The notes under the pieces: model-generated
What the model was told of the DNA's origin: nothing
What the model saw: the letters and a program-made list of their open reading frames with translations, nothing else
Databases searched by the model: none
Program-made: the position numbers and the translations under genes
Assembly: GCA_023231475.1 (NCBI GenBank)
Contig: JALJEE010002959.1
Coordinates: 1-64,000 of the forward strand
DNA length: 64,000 nucleotides
Direction: 5' to 3'
Source of the DNA: Seison nebaliae
Lineage: Eukaryota
Shown here: positions 1-10,851 of the stretch, piece after piece
How the letters are laid out: every line of letters begins with the position of its first letter
Position numbering within the stretch: the stretch's first letter is position 1

Positions 1-498
1 ATAATATAACGTTGGCTGATGTTAATATCTACATAAGATTTGGTAGACCATGTCTCCTGAATGCAGATGATGTTAAATGTTTCGATATCTTTTAAGTTCA
101 ATGATCGTAGGTTGCCGTTTATGTTGAGTGAGATTAGTTTGAGATTAGTTGTAGATACAAACCTCTTAAGTTTAAAAAGCTTGTTTTAAGTAAAAAACAA
201 TAAAAACCTATAGTTCTTATATTGCGAAAATGCGGAATATGATATATAATCAATAAAAAAAATTTATTCCAACGTAGTTCAGAAATCAAATAAATTTTAT
301 TCTGCACTATGGAAAGAAGGTTTTTTTTATTACATATAGATTAAAAACTGAATCTTATCATCTATTATTGAACGAAATTAAGTAAAAAAAGATTAATATA
401 TTCTCTATTAATTATAAGAAAAATTTATTCAGAAAATATTCAGATAAGCGATATAATTGACAAATAATAATTAGAAATTAATAATTCAATTTGATGAC

Positions 499-505
499 TA
501 TAAAA
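499..505 (+). promoter_or_regulatory. TATA-like box upstream of the structured RNA element
   Basis: TATAAAA(GG) about 40 nt upstream of the first helix at 542. Weak evidence in AT-rich DNA. Confidence 0.3.
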
Positions 506-541
506 GGAGAAGAAAATTAGAATATTGTGAATTTTAATTTT

Positions 542-996
542 GCGCGTTAGTGAGAACGTTAAATTTTATTCAATTTTGCATTTCTAATTATCTTTCCTTT
601 TAGAAAAAGAACGAACATCTTTCACTAACGTGCTATTCGCCTTGATGGGTCTAGTTGAAGCGGTTGTGCCCATTACCTCTTGGCGACACTTGGGTGTTCT
701 GATGGGCAGGTGTCATCCAATATGGTAAAGAAACGTTCTCAATGGTAACCATTGAGCGGTTATCGAGAACTATTTCTGAACCTATTGTCCAGGTATATCT
801 ATGATATACTTGGGACTCAGTCTCCTCCAAAAACAAACGGCTGAGTTGATCGACATCTGGTGGCAACATCCACCCAGTGGGCGGGGTAATTGGAGCCTCC
901 GCATGACCTATCAAGGGCAAAATTTGTAATAACCGGTTCGGTCTCTCATCTTCTGGGCTGAGGGAATAAGTCCACGGCCCGAAGAGACCGGACCGG
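542..996 (+). ncRNA. Unidentified large structured ncRNA (possible Sm-class RNA), probably containing a 46-nt spliceosomal intron
   Basis: GC-rich island with nested helices 542-555/620-633, 640-651/905-916, 667-674/701-708, 709-714/852-857, 718-787, 788-814, 815-846, 881-902 and 933-946/983-996. The non-Watson-Crick positions within these stems read as G-U on the + strand. AAUUUGUA at 921-928 precedes the terminal hairpin. Confidence 0.65.
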
Positions 997-1535
997 AATG
1001 GAAGAAAGAAATGGAAAAAAGTTAAAATTTCATTATTATTGAAGGATAAACTAATAAACCTTTTTCTTTCGAAGGAAATGGAAAATTCGATCAAAATACT
1101 CAGTTTAATTCTCTGTTCAAAATCTTTATTTCATTTCATAATTTTTAAATAAAATTTTATCATAAATTTTTTCTTATATTGAATCTGTTTGTTCTAAAAA
1201 TCTAATGTTTGTAAGTTATTAGAAAGATGTAACATTTTAAATCAATCAATCGAAATCTTCTGATATTTCTCTTCGAACCATTTATAGGAATATGAAAAAA
1301 TTAGTTAAAATGAATATATTATGTTTTATTATTATGTATATTTTTTGGGTAAGACAATTCGACGATAAGAAGAAAAGTTCAGTTACGAGTAAGGTTTTCA
1401 TTGTTACAAATATTGTTCGCTTTAATTGAACATTAAGTTATCCATCACTTACTGTTGTGATTTTTATAGACTATTGTGTAATCGTCGTTTCCATGTGTAA
1501 TCATCATAAGTCCTTACTATGGCCGTGCATAATAT

Positions 1536-1777
1536 GGGTTCCATGTGATTTCGTCACCCTATGTTTTTTAAGTGAAAATCGGTGATTTGGTCACCGTTTT
1601 TAGAGTATTTCGGTGATTTCGTCACCCTGGAAAAATTTTTGAACCTAAATTTTGCGTATTTTTGATTAAACGGTGATTTCGTCACCATTTTTAGAGTATT
1701 TCGGTGATTTCGTCACCGTTTTTAGAGTATTCGGTGATTTCGTCACCCATTTAGCTGTATTTCGGTGATTTCGTCAC
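1536..1777. repeat. Array of palindromic CGGTGATTTCGTCACCG motifs (~30-nt period), probable MULE/Foldback-type terminal repeat
   Basis: Seven copies near 1546, 1580, 1611, 1671, 1702, 1732 and 1763, several preceded by TTTAGAGTATTT. Lies next to a MULE transposase fragment. Confidence 0.75.
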
Positions 1778-1984
1778 TAATTAATAAAACATTTTTTATA
1801 ATTTGCTTAATGTTTATGGAAATAAATATAATAAAATGATTTTAATTATCAATGGAAACTTTGTTTTATTATTGAAGATACAATAAGAGTAATTGTTGTT
1901 TAATTGCATAATTGTATTATTTTAATGTTAAGTACTTCTATTTACGTTTAACCAAAAATAATATAACCTAATATTTATCAAAAC

Positions 1985-2359
1985 TTTGTTGATTATGTTG
2001 AATACGAAACATCTAGTAAAAGAATTGTACCAGGATTATTTCCGATAGAATTGTGGAACAATTATCACCGGACGATTTGTGGAATGGGACGAACAAATAA
2101 TTTATCTGAAAGTTTCAATTCGCGAATTAGAAATGAAACAATTAGTCACCCAAGTTTGGGAAAATTAATTACTGTAATTGAGAATGTTCATCAAGATAAT
2201 AAAATAATAATGCAAATGAAAAGAATTGGGGAAAAACCTCAGAAAAAGAGGAAAGAGATTGAGAAAGAAGAAAAGCTGAAAGAATTAATTTCGACATATT
2301 CCAAAAATGAAATAATATCATTTTTGAATGGAATAGAAACTATAGTTTGTATACGATAA
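1985..2359 (+). mobile_element. Truncated MULE/Mutator-family transposase C-terminal fragment
   Basis: Reads FVDYVE...LFPIELWNNY...RTNNLSESFNSRI...HPSLGKLITVI, matching the LFP..WN / RTNN..E / HP signature of animal MULE transposases. The N-terminal DDE part is missing. Confidence 0.75.
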
Positions 2360-2479
2360 TAAATTCACGTCAGTTTCATAGTTTTTTATATTTTTTCAAT
2401 TTAGTTCTTCTAATTTTTTCACCACAATAATTTTCACCATTTTTTATAAATGTTTAAAAAATTTTCCTCAAAATTGATT

Positions 2480-2719
2480 TTGGGGCGTGCGTAGCGCAGT
2501 GGTCTACACACGTTCCACGCATATTTGCGAAATAACGTACCCTGCAGCTCGATAGAGTCATATTGGGGCGTGCGTAACACAGTGGTTTATGCACGTTCCC
2601 AGCGCCACAACGATGGGACATACGTCTCACGCTACATAGAGATCTCCTACCACTGACCGTAGAGGAGATCGATCAGAAAATTTATCTCGACGGGAATTTC
2701 ACTTAAAAAAAAAAAAAAA
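2480..2719 (+). mobile_element. tRNA-headed SINE-like element with duplicated head and poly(A) tail
   Basis: Two ~37-nt copies of TTGGGGCGTGCGTA(G/A)C(G/A)CAGTGGT (2480-2516, 2563-2599). Perfect Pol III A-box TAGCGCAGTGG in copy 1. A15 tail at 2705-2719. No clear B-box. Confidence 0.45.
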
Positions 2720-2722
2720 TGA

Positions 2723-2841
2723 CGTACCTCCCCACTTCATACCTTCTTCCCTTGTACCTTCCCACTTCGTACCTTATCATTTCGTACCTTCTCACTTCGT
2801 ACTAAAATTCCGACATACCTTCTTGAATTCGTACCTTCTTA
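2723..2841. repeat. Degenerate tandem repeat of CGTACCTT(CCCACTT), likely transposon subterminal repeat
   Basis: About eight imperfect copies of the (C)GTACCTT core at roughly 15-18 nt spacing. Confidence 0.65.
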
Positions 2842-3612
2842 CTGGCGCTCATTTTCGATATAACTTCGAGATTTACGAGATGAAATCGACATTGGAAGAA
2901 AGCTTATCACTGATAACGTGTACAGTGAGTTATTTTATGTTTTATGTGTTCTCTTTAACTTTTCACGAGTAGTTGTACACGTTGCGTTAGACATGTAGAT
3001 ACACGTGTAAGTTTATGATTTGTATATAGTGCATTAAAAATGTAGGAAAATATATTTGAGATAGATTGTCCAATTAATTATTGACACGTTGCATAAGGGT
3101 TTATTCATCGATTATAAATAGAATGTAATCTGGTTTTATATTTTAATGAATATTTTTACAAAATATTTCAAATTGAAACAATTTTCAATGATGAGAATTA
3201 CTGATTCGAGTCATCCGTCTTTCGATACTCGGATCAGTATTCTTTGTATGAAAGAATAAACGAAGTTCTTTTCATGACATGAAAATTAGTCGGATGTTTT
3301 GACAATTATGTCAATGAAGAAATCATATTAATATTAAGTTCGTTCACAATTCCTCCATTCGACAACAATATTGCATTTGGATTATTGTGGATTATCCAAA
3401 TATGGACTTATCATTATTAACGGAAATTATCCGTGATATTTATCACATGTGCAAGACAGATCGAGAAAAAACATTTATTTCATTTCTAAAACTATTTAAA
3501 TTGCTTATTTCTTTCTAAAATAAAAATTCCCACATTGCTTTGTAATTTTAAATTTCTTTTAACAATATAATTTTTTTCTAATTTCATTCGTCAATAAAAC
3601 CAAAAAAGTGAA

Positions 3613-3683
3613 CTCCGTGAAGGGGAATTGAATTCGGTCTCTCGCGTGACAGGCGGCGATACTCACCACTACACTATCGCGGA
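3613..3683 (-). pseudogene. tRNA-Asp(GTC) pseudogene or degenerate copy
   Basis: Minus strand TCCGCGATAGTGTAGTGGTGAGTATCGCCGCCTGTCACGCGAGAGACCGAATTCAATTCCCCTTCACGGAG aligns to eukaryotic tRNA-Asp, with a T6 terminator just downstream. The T-stem is disrupted and the anticodon and acceptor stems have mismatches. Confidence 0.85.
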
Positions 3684-4525
3684 TATGAACATTTTCACTG
3701 GAACATTAAATTATTTAAATTTTATTTTGCAATTTAAGTTAATTCCATTTTGGGCAATTTTTAAGAAATGGAAATAAAGAAATAATTCATATTGGAAATA
3801 ATGACAATTGTCGTTAATATGGATACTGTTCCAAGACTTGAGGAGAATTTAAATTCTATTCCAGATTACATAGTCCAAATTACGGAATTTCCCGGTTACT
3901 TTTAGAATTCCTAACAGTCTATTAATGGAATTCAGGCATCTATCTCATTTTCCATACAATCCATGAATTCTATGGATAGAGTATACAATCGGTACTGCCG
4001 CATCTTACTCGGATGTAAACGTCCCTTTAATCGAGCATTTATGTTCTGTCAATCGTTTCCGATATTAACATATCTTCTTTTCCTCACCCGACATATGCAG
4101 AGTGTGAACAATTCAACAGTCCTGCAAAATATTTCTGTCAATATTATGCTTTATTATATCTCACCTCTATGGAAGATTGGGAAGCTTTAGTTAACAATTT
4201 TAGTCTCGAATCATTTATTCCTATTCATCTGAGGGATGAGTTGTCTCGTGGTCGTGAGTTTATTTCCAGCAACAATTATTCTTCTCTTATTGATTTTCTT
4301 TACGCTTTACCCTATGGGGATTCCGCGTCTTAATAAAAAAAAATACACATGAAGAATAATTAAATAAATTATTAATTGAATAAATAAATTTAAAATTTCA
4401 TTTCAAATTGTAACCAATCAACAATAGTAAATAAGACAATATAATCATCCAACTATAATTTTTAATCTATTAACTGTTCCATCACAATCGCTAATTCGTT
4501 TCGTTGGATTGACGACACTTCGAAT

Positions 4526-6306
4526 TTATGATGCGGGACCATTTGCTCCCTGAAAGATTCGTACATAAGACGGTCCTAACGAAGAGTTTGATGAGACGTT
4601 ACCTAAATTGCATAATTCGTAAACATAAGCTCGAATTCGATCTTCCCATGAGAGCAATTGACTCCATCCTGTCATTTCAGTTAGTACATGAACTAGTTTT
4701 GTACTCTTCGACATTCTTTCAACTTTTCCCGACGAATAACGTTCTATCAATTTTTTGGATTTCTTAAAAAATTTAGATTCATATATACTGAAAAGTTGGT
4801 AGATTATTGATAATTCGGATATACCCTTATCCTCAATAAACGTTGGCCATGTCTTTCCGACTCTTGTCACATTCTTGAGTTGATTATTTAAATATTCGCC
4901 ACATTCCACCCATTCTTTTGTTGCCATTGTTTGGGCCAGAGCGCCGATATGTTCGAAAGTTTGTGATTGATTTCGAACTTCTTCGAAATCTGTCTGCAAT
5001 TTTTCGATTTCTGCATCAGTCATCGCTTGGGATTTGAAGGATGTTGTGGTGAGAGATGCCTCGCCTTCGTTTGACGTGTTCGGACTGACCGTATGTTCAT
5101 GAGGATAATTTGAAGAGGCTTTGAAACGAAACGTCGATTCAACAGATGTCTCAATTAGTGGTTCGGTTGTACTACAAATGAAACTCGGTAAACTTTCGGC
5201 GTCCTCATCCGAATCTTCCGTCTTCAATGGATTACCAATATTCTTGTGCATTTTTGGTGGTTTGTCACTTTCATCCTCTACATTCGCTTCAGTTTCATCG
5301 TTCGAGTGTTCTTTGTAATAATAATTGTGTTTAACCGATTTGAATTCGGTTAATTGTTTGGGATCATTCGGAGGTTTTTTTCGTGTTCGGATCTGATTCT
5401 CGTACTCATTTAAATATTTTCGAAGGATCAGTGTCCGATCACTTTCCTCCGAAATGTTGATGGAATATCCATTTATTTGATCCTGCTGTTCTCCGTCAAT
5501 GATTGATGATTTATTCGAAAGGGTAAAAAGGTTGTCATGGTCTTCATCGGAAATTTCATTCCTCAACCCATTTCCATTCGAGTTTGTTTCAATAAATTCG
5601 GCCAGTTCCGATTTAGGTACCAGAATACTCAGTTCCTCCGTTTTCTTATATTTCTCTGGCTCATCTGCTGTAACATCGACCGTTATTGTGGAATCATCTA
5701 AACTTGTGTCACTTGTGCAAGGACTCAGCGAACTGGGAGAAGAATTTTTTTCCTAAAAGAAAAATTTTATAAACTTCAAAATTAATCAAATTTTAACAAA
5801 TTCCGTAATTTGAAAATGATCAATTTCTTTTTCTTCTTCATCAATATCATCCAATCTTTCTTTCTTCGATCCATCCTTCCTCCTCTTCAACTTAGAACAT
5901 GTTGTTGTTAACTGTGAGAGAAATTATTAGATTTCCATAAAGACCTTCCATAATGATTAACAGTGTTAGATTCATTGTCAGTAGTTTCATCATCCGACAC
6001 ATCCTCGAAGTACATTTGTGCCACGTCGGCGAATTTCATGCCATTTCCCGAATTGTACTGTTCCGTCAACTTTTCATTCGATGAATTCGCATCATTGTCG
6101 GATACTAAAATGATTGTTCACAAATTTTATGAATTTAATTTATTTGTTCAAATAAAAAAATAACTGTTGTCATCCTTATGGACTAGGATCAGTGGAACTT
6201 TAGCTTTAGTACTCGTTTCACTATCGTCATTGTTTGGCATGACTAACTTTGCATTTCGATAAAGTTGATCAGCATTTTCGGTTCGTTCTTCAATGGTTCG
6301 TTTCAT
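4526..6306 (-). CDS. Uncharacterised acidic, largely low-complexity protein (~541 aa, 4 exons)
   Basis: ATG at 6306. GT-AG introns 6105-6164, 5912-5961 and 5753-5797 join in frame to the 346-aa ORF. No domain recognised. Confidence 0.75.
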
Positions 6307-6891
6307 GGTTCGTGTGATTTGTAATAGAATTATGTTCGATTTCGAATTAAAGAATATCTAATAACGACAAATGACAGTATTATATTAATGAAAAGGAAGT
6401 TAAGAAGGAAGATTAAAAATGGTGGAAAAGAATTTTAAAAAATATAATGAATGTAAAAGTGCAAGAAATTCGAGATACTTATAGAAGGTCAACTAGAACG
6501 TTTATGCCACGTAAGTATAAGCGTGCATAAAATTCAACTTTAAAGATTATACCTACATATTAAGGGATGGAAGAGAGTAGAATATTTCAATATATCTTCG
6601 TTTCAAAACTGTATGTATGTGCATGAACTCATGAGATTATTGGATAGTTAGAGATAGATTGAAAAACACACTTCACTATTGGAAATGGTCCATAGAAACG
6701 TTGCATGACGTGTATGTCAAGCTTAAGTTGTACGAGATAGTTAACATGACATAAGCACTAATGAATTAAATTTTGAATTATTGCCAAAAAGGAAAAAAGT
6801 TGTAACTTTTAAAAATAAAAATATTTTTTTTCCAAATTTCTTCTTTTTTGAAAATGGAGCTGACATTTGGAAAACTGATTTTAATTCGACG

Positions 6892-8586
6892 ATGCCCTTG
6901 AACAAGTCGGAGCTTGCGAAGTATATTCGATTCCAGAAAGACACGTTCGACATTTTCGGTCACACGAAAAAGAAGAAATTTGTAAGAAATGAAGAAACTG
7001 TTCCAGTTCCATCACCACGACCGCCTACATTGTCAGAAGCTCCTCAAATTATCTCGTCAAAACGGAATGTTTTCATTGAGGATACGAAGATTTTAATGAA
7101 AAGTTTCAATCAATTCAAATCGAATGAGTGGAAACCATCGGAAAAACCTGAAAATGGAATTGCAGTTCCATTGAAAGAAGTTCAAGAGGAAAAAGATAAA
7201 TTGGTGAATGAAGATGATTTATGTGACGATCGTTTAAAAATGAAAGATTTGGGAAGATTAATGGAATCGATACGGATCGATAATCAGTTCGCTCGTTTTC
7301 CGAATTCGATAAGTGAAATTGGAAATATTCTACAGATAAATGTTTTTTTATTTTATTATATTTCTTCAAAGATTCTTCCAGGAGATTGCCCTTCCGAGTG
7401 TAACGGAGATTTTAAAAATGACAACACCAAAGAAGAATGAAGAGATTTTGAAGAAATGGAAAGAAAAGAAAATTAGGGAATTAGGTAGTATGGATGAATT
7501 CGAGAGAATGAGTAAACGTTAGTAAAGAATTAATAAATAAGAAAGAAATGTTAAATGAATTTCATCTTTTCTCATCATTTAGATACATTGTCTAATGGGA
7601 AAGAATTGCATTATATGATTACCAGATTCTTCGCTCATCGTCGTTTGATGGGGAAGAGCGAGAAAAACGTTAAGAAATTATTCAATGACTGTCTCCTACA
7701 ACTCAACATAAATAATCGATTAGCATGGAATAGTCTACGAAGTCTTCTTCTTTCCGGTTCTTATAATGATCGTCGCGATGCTGATTATCTGGTATCGCCT
7801 TATACAATCGGTGAATCAACATTCAGCGAAATACAAATTCAACATCCATTTCTTGGTTATCGTTGCGTCATTGATCATTTAAGTCGAGTAAAGTTAATTT
7901 TCAATAAGTTCTTTCAATCCTTTAATTTTCGACAAAAAATTTATTTTTCAATTTAATTCTTTGACACAATTTTTCTAAAGTTTTTCTTCTAAAAATTTAT
8001 ATCAACTTTTTTATTTAGAAAAGTAATATCAAGTTTTTTTGTTTAAAAAATTTTTGTCAAGTTTTTTTGTTTAAAAAATTTTTGTCAAGTTTTATTTAAA
8101 AAAAAAATTTCTATCGTTAAATTTCTTAAATCTTCTTAAATTCTTAGTGACAAATTATCGATAATTGATTGGAAGAGAAGTGATCGATTGAAATATTCGT
8201 ATGGTGACGCTTATGATTATCCTCTTCAATTAGCTGCTTATGGTGGTGCACTGAAACATTCGTTGTTATGTTATGAAAATGAAGAGAACAGAAATCAATC
8301 AAGATTTTACGATTCGTTGTCGATCGATATGTTGAAAGGAAGTGATGATTCCATCACGTTTAAATCAGTTAAATCATCTTCTTTTTACTCAATGAACGAT
8401 TTGCTTTCTATTTAAAATTAATGTTATGTGAATTTGTAGGTGAATAATTGTTATTTGATTTATGCGTACAATTTGGAAAACGAAGCTACAGTACTCCATA
8501 TGAATCCACAATTATTAACTTATTATTGGCAACTCTTCCTCCGACGCTATCTCCAATATTTCCGAAATAAACTCATTTTCAATTAA
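6892..8586 (+). CDS. MGME1: Mitochondrial genome maintenance exonuclease 1 (PD-(D/E)XK nuclease)
   Basis: Motifs LPSVTEIL, LKKWKEKKIRELG, GKELH, HPFLGYRCVID, IIDWK and YDYPLQLAAYGGAL. Introns 7342-7381, 7518-7582, 7893-8147 and 8368-8439. Start codon uncertain. Confidence 0.88.
8028..8097. repeat. Short tandem duplication in MGME1 intron 3
   Basis: About 2.5 copies of TCAAGTTTTTTTGTTTAAAAAATTTTTG. Confidence 0.7.
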
Positions 8587-8657
8587 TCTCATTTTAATAT
8601 TATTCTTTACATATCACAGAATCGTTTTCATGTTTGTGTGTATAGGAGAAGAAGAAA

Positions 8658-9109
8658 ATGAATAAAATCCTTCAAATCAAATTGAACAATTTGAGACGGA
8701 CGTGGCCAATATTGAAACAAAAAAGTTGTCTTTCTCATTTCTCCGTTATCCTAAAAATGTTTCTACTAATCATAAAGAATTCGATTATAGTCACATATTA
8801 TTTCGACAAATTGATGCGTATGATGAAGATTTGAAGAAGGTGACGATCAGTCAGGAGAAGATTGACGACATTCAACAATTCATTCAATATGCCAATCGAA
8901 TTCGTTTGAATAAAGCGAAGTTAGGTATTAGATATATATGAGATAATATGAGAGGATCTTCATCAATTTTTCATCGTTAATAATTTTTTAAATTTAGAGA
9001 TGATCATCTCACAATGTACAAACATGGAGCGACTGGATTGAGTTTGGAGAAATTGAGGCAGATTTGTTCGAAAGAAGCGTTCGATTTGTTGAGTTCGAAG
9101 AAGAAATAA
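8658..9109 (+). CDS. Small uncharacterised protein (~106 aa, 3 exons)
   Basis: ATG at 8658. Introns 8725-8777 and 8920-8997 give MNKILQIKLNNLRRTWPILKQKKFDYSHILFRQIDAYDED...EAFDLLSSKKK*. The basic N-terminus could be a mitochondrial presequence. Confidence 0.6.
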
Positions 9110-9184
9110 AAATTAAATTGTCTCCTTCATTTATTGGTTGTATAAAAATAGTTGTATATGAAAAGAAAAAATTAATTTTCAAAT

Positions 9185-10814
9185 TTACCACAATTCATTT
9201 TTCTTCCATTTGTGGAAGAGATCGGAGAGACTGGTAAGAATTGGAACGGATACGGGAAGGAAAAGTGGAACATAAATTGCAAATTTCTGATCTTCTGGAA
9301 AGTAGAGACATTCCAATAAAGACGGATCATAAAAGGCAGTTTCTGGAAAGAAGAAATATTTTATGAAAAATAAATTCATGATAAAACCTGATAATTCATA
9401 AGCGAGACAACTCTCGTGATAGACTTGATGGGAAAATTTTCCGTTTCGTATTTGAGTAAGAGCGAAATTGATTTTGTTTAATGAGAGTGAGATTCGTTGT
9501 TCAACTTCGTCTCTGATGACGATGTTGGAGATACGTTGCAATAGTGATGATAATGATTTTAGTGTTTTACTCACCCCGATGATATTATTTAATGTCCGTT
9601 CGATTTGCCATTTCTGTAATTTGATTTCGTTTGGAATAATTTCATTTTCGTCCATCTGTTTATGAATGAAAATGAAAGATTGGAGGAATGAAACGAAAAT
9701 GAACTTCGATTTGGAGATTTTTAAAGAAATTTCTAATTAATACACCTTTATATTTTTCCACGCTGATGGTTTCCGTCTTCTGATTATAGATGATGATATT
9801 GCCCCAATCTTCACTGATTAATTCATTGACAAATTGATTCTTCTTATCCGTTTGGAAGACTAAAGGATAAGAATTGTTTGGCGTTGGAATTAAGATAATG
9901 GAATTGATAGTTTTCTCCAATTTGACATTGGACAAATGTCGATCTAACGAATTGAGAATTGGCGATTGTTGGAGAAGAGGAATGAAATAAAATTCCTTTT
10001 GACTCATCTCCATGACTCGATGAGAAATCGGAATATCCGTCTCATATTTGCTCAAGATTTGTGTGGAGAATGTGACGTTGAAATAATTCGAATATTTTTC
10101 AAAAGTTTTTTTCATAAATTCTAAAAATGAAATGGTAAAATTTTGGAGATGAGATTGAAATACAATTGAACTGTTTATAATTTTATTCATGTCCCATTCA
10201 TAATAAGGAACAATATCACGTTGACCGTGGAAGAAGGAGACGAGAGAAAAGGCCAAATGGAAATTGGGCGAATAGTTGAGTTGATTCGTTTTCTTCCCGA
10301 AGAAATTGTGATGAATTTCCGTTTTTACGAAATGGAAAAATTTCTCGTTGAATTGAGAGGAATGGAAGAAGATTGTATTCGTCTGGAAACCATAACGGAA
10401 ATTCGTTTCTTCATTCGTTCGAATGAGATAAATTGTGAGATCATTTCCATCCGAATGATGAATTTGACGATGGATGTCGTCGAGATGATATTGAGTAATT
10501 GATTTCTCATTCAATTGATCGATTTGTCGATTAGTCAATAAATGATTTTGATTAATTAAAAATGGAGAATGATTTTCATTCAATTTCTTCAAGAATGATT
10601 CGATGGAAATGGATGAATAAATGTTAATGGTGAATTTGGGATGAATATCATCGAAAGATTTTGGCAGTTCTGAAATATTTTCATATGGTAACAATGAACG
10701 ATATACTCTCGTTGTCATCCACCATACCGGTACGCCAACAACTAATACGACGATGGCATAGATGAGAGTTGAGATGTATAATCGTGTAGAGGAGATACCA
10801 TACCTGAATGACAT
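9185..10814 (-). CDS. PIGS: GPI transamidase component PIG-S
   Basis: N-terminal TM GVPVWWMTTRVYRSLLPY and C-terminal SETAFYDPSLLECLYFPEDQKFAIYVPLFLPVSVP. Introns 10121-10171, 9656-9704 and 9343-9387. Confidence 0.95.
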
Positions 10815-10851
10815 AATCTAATTTTGATGGAAAAAAAAAGAAGGAAATAAT

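Noticed and set aside
699..735. Hammerhead-like CTGATG...GAAAC
   Set aside because: The core is CUGAUGG rather than CUGANGA, and the required stems I-III cannot be built around it.
651..1094. 147-aa minus-strand ORF
   Set aside because: Starts at TTG, has no recognisable domain, and is better explained as the antisense shadow of the GC-rich structured + strand element.
1536..1777. Palindromic repeats with spacers, superficially CRISPR-like
   Set aside because: Spacers are short and similar to each other, there are no cas genes, and the context is eukaryotic next to a MULE relic.
3785..4330. Slightly GC-richer stretch with short ORFs
   Set aside because: The frames read are interrupted by stops and no family is recognisable.
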